Origin: an uncultured Chloroflexia bacterium
GTDB lineage: Bacteria > Chloroflexota > Anaerolineae > Anaerolineales > UBA4823
Direction of reading: 5' to 3'
DNA length: 64,000 nt
NCBI GenBank assembly: GCA_963777935.1
Contig: CAVZSL010000006.1
Coordinates: 53,522-117,521 of the forward strand
Shown: piece by piece, positions 62,891-64,000 of the stretch
Position numbering within the stretch: position 1 is the first letter of the stretch
Layout: the number at the start of each line of letters is the position of its first letter
Translations under genes and position numbers: made by a program
The notes under the pieces: generated by a model
The model's database searches: none
The model's input: the letters and a program-made list of their open reading frames with translations, nothing else
Told to the model about the DNA's origin: nothing

Positions 62891-64000
62891 TTAACCAAGC
62901 CAGCGGTTCCACTGGTTAAACCAGCGCTGTTCCACCAGGCGGGTGTCTTCTATAGACATCCGCCTTCCAGCTTCTTTAAAAGATACCGGGTTCCCCATTA
63001 CCGGCATCGAATAATTCTCTCCCTCGTAGTTGACCAGGGATTCATTTGTGCGCATTTCGATCGTCTCGTCTGATAGATATAGGGTTGCCAGTCGATCGCC
63101 TTCTTCAAGCTGGAGATGGTCGCCTGTCGATTTGAATGCGATCGCGTGTGGACCATTGAAATTCATTTCATCCGCTGCACAGAATAATGCGCTTCCACCA
63201 AATGGCATTTTCAGCCTACGATGCCTGCCAGAAACCACCAACCCTCCGTGGATTACCGTTTCGGGGTCAACGATGATCGTATCAATCAACAGTGAATCGT
63301 GTATATCTGCACCTTTGGGGGTGGAGCTACGTACCAAAAGGTTGCCATGCTCATCGCGTGCCTGGGGCAGGTGGAAGAGCTCACGAGAGGTGAAACCTAA
63401 ATCCGAATCGGTGGTCAATGCCTCCAGGGAGCGCCTCAGACTAAGGTGCAACCCCCAATCCATCCAATAGGGTTGACCAAAATCCAGCACGCCAATCACA
63501 GGCAGTCGACCATGACGCTCCTGGAATAAAGTCCGCATTTGTTGAATTTTATTAAAGAAATCGGGCATGCGCCTTTCCAGATCCCGCATCCCGGTTTTCC
63601 CCATCCGTTCTTCGAGGTTTGCTTCTGAATTCCACTCATTTTCATCCCGGCAGGATAATGCGATCCAGGTGTATGGATCCCAATCCACCCATTTGTCCTC
63701 ATCGGTGATATCCGACCGAAATACTTCTTCAGCCACCTGTATTAAAGAATAACTGATCGCCAGGCTGCCAAGATTGACCCCGATGCGACGATCCTGACCA
63801 TGGTTGGATAATCTCGTGCGCAGGCTTTCCAATTCCTGGCGGGTAAATTGGCGAGTCATTTGATAGGTCTGGCTGTCAAATTCCACCCATTCTTTTTCCC
63901 GCGCCAGGTCTTCAGTCGGTTCCGTTTGCCAAACGAAACGCATCCCGTCCAGGTTTTGGTACTTGCTTGTCCCTGATTCCCAGATTTTCCCAGGGATAAC
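62891..64000 (-). CDS. Hypothetical protein, C-terminal part (frame open to window edge); weak resemblance to sugar-phosphate nucleotidyltransferase C-termini
   Basis: Frame is open from 64000; LDFGQPYWMDWG followed by a beta-rich ADIHDSLLIDTII...VIHGGLVV segment. Confidence 0.6.
   Translation of the reverse strand, partial: VIPGKIWESGTSKYQNLDGMRFVWQTEPTEDLAREKEWVEFDSQTYQMTRQFTRQELESLRTRLSNHGQDRRIGVNLGSLAISYSLIQVAEEVFRSDITDEDKWVDWDPYTWIALSCRDENEWNSEANLEERMGKTGMRDLERRMPDFFNKIQQMRTLFQERHGRLPVIGVLDFGQPYWMDWGLHLSLRRSLEALTTDSDLGFTSRELFHLPQARDEHGNLLVRSSTPKGADIHDSLLIDTIIVDPETVIHGGLVVSGRHRRLKMPFGGSALFCAADEMNFNGPHAIAFKSTGDHLQLEEGDRLATLYLSDETIEMRTNESLVNYEGENYSMPVMGNPVSFKEAGRRMSIEDTRLVEQRWFNQWNRWLG

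Noticed and set aside
1-64000. tRNA, rRNA, tmRNA and anti-phage defence genes
   Set aside because: No cloverleaf, rRNA-like segment or recognisable defence domain seen by eye; tRNAscan-SE, cmscan and DefenseFinder would be needed to exclude them

Overview
This window looks like chromosomal DNA of a Chloroflexota bacterium, probably class Anaerolineae (inferred from gene content and style, not from a marker gene). 1-9.4 kb is core genome: nuoABCDEF(G) with candidate Rex operators, an RpoD-type sigma factor, a GNAT and dnaG. 9.6-30 kb is mainly cell-envelope genes: a tandem ArsR/DUF2087 pair; a 4-gene unit (small AYLDPGSGS membrane peptide, NoeA-like kinase-fold/SAM-methyltransferase, two LtaS/EptA-like membrane phosphotransferases); a Tat 5'-nucleotidase; DUF711; a Tat multicopper oxidase behind a c-di-GMP-II-like riboswitch; a GT2-wecD-wecE cluster flanked by GT-C-like membrane proteins; and a subtilase. 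32-44 kb is a run of short, co-oriented accessory genes with degenerate attC-like spacers and a comM gene carrying a REP-like palindrome in its coding sequence. 44-64 kb holds secreted phosphoesterases/5'-nucleotidases, HtrA, an ArnT-like GT, a 1643-aa Thr/Pro-rich surface protein, a cupin and an HEXXH lipoprotein. Best candidates for something undescribed: (1) a duplicated, structured 5' leader (GGTCT/AGACC stem, ACAGGGAGA, orphan GAAAGGAGGTG) before two nucleotidase genes, with partial echoes before two other secreted-enzyme genes; (2) the peptide + kinase/methyltransferase + phosphotransferase unit. About eight genes are broken by single-base indels or one in-frame stop, most likely sequencing errors. 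No rRNA, tRNA, CRISPR array, integrase or transposase was recognised. All family calls come from motif recognition by eye; no searches were run.
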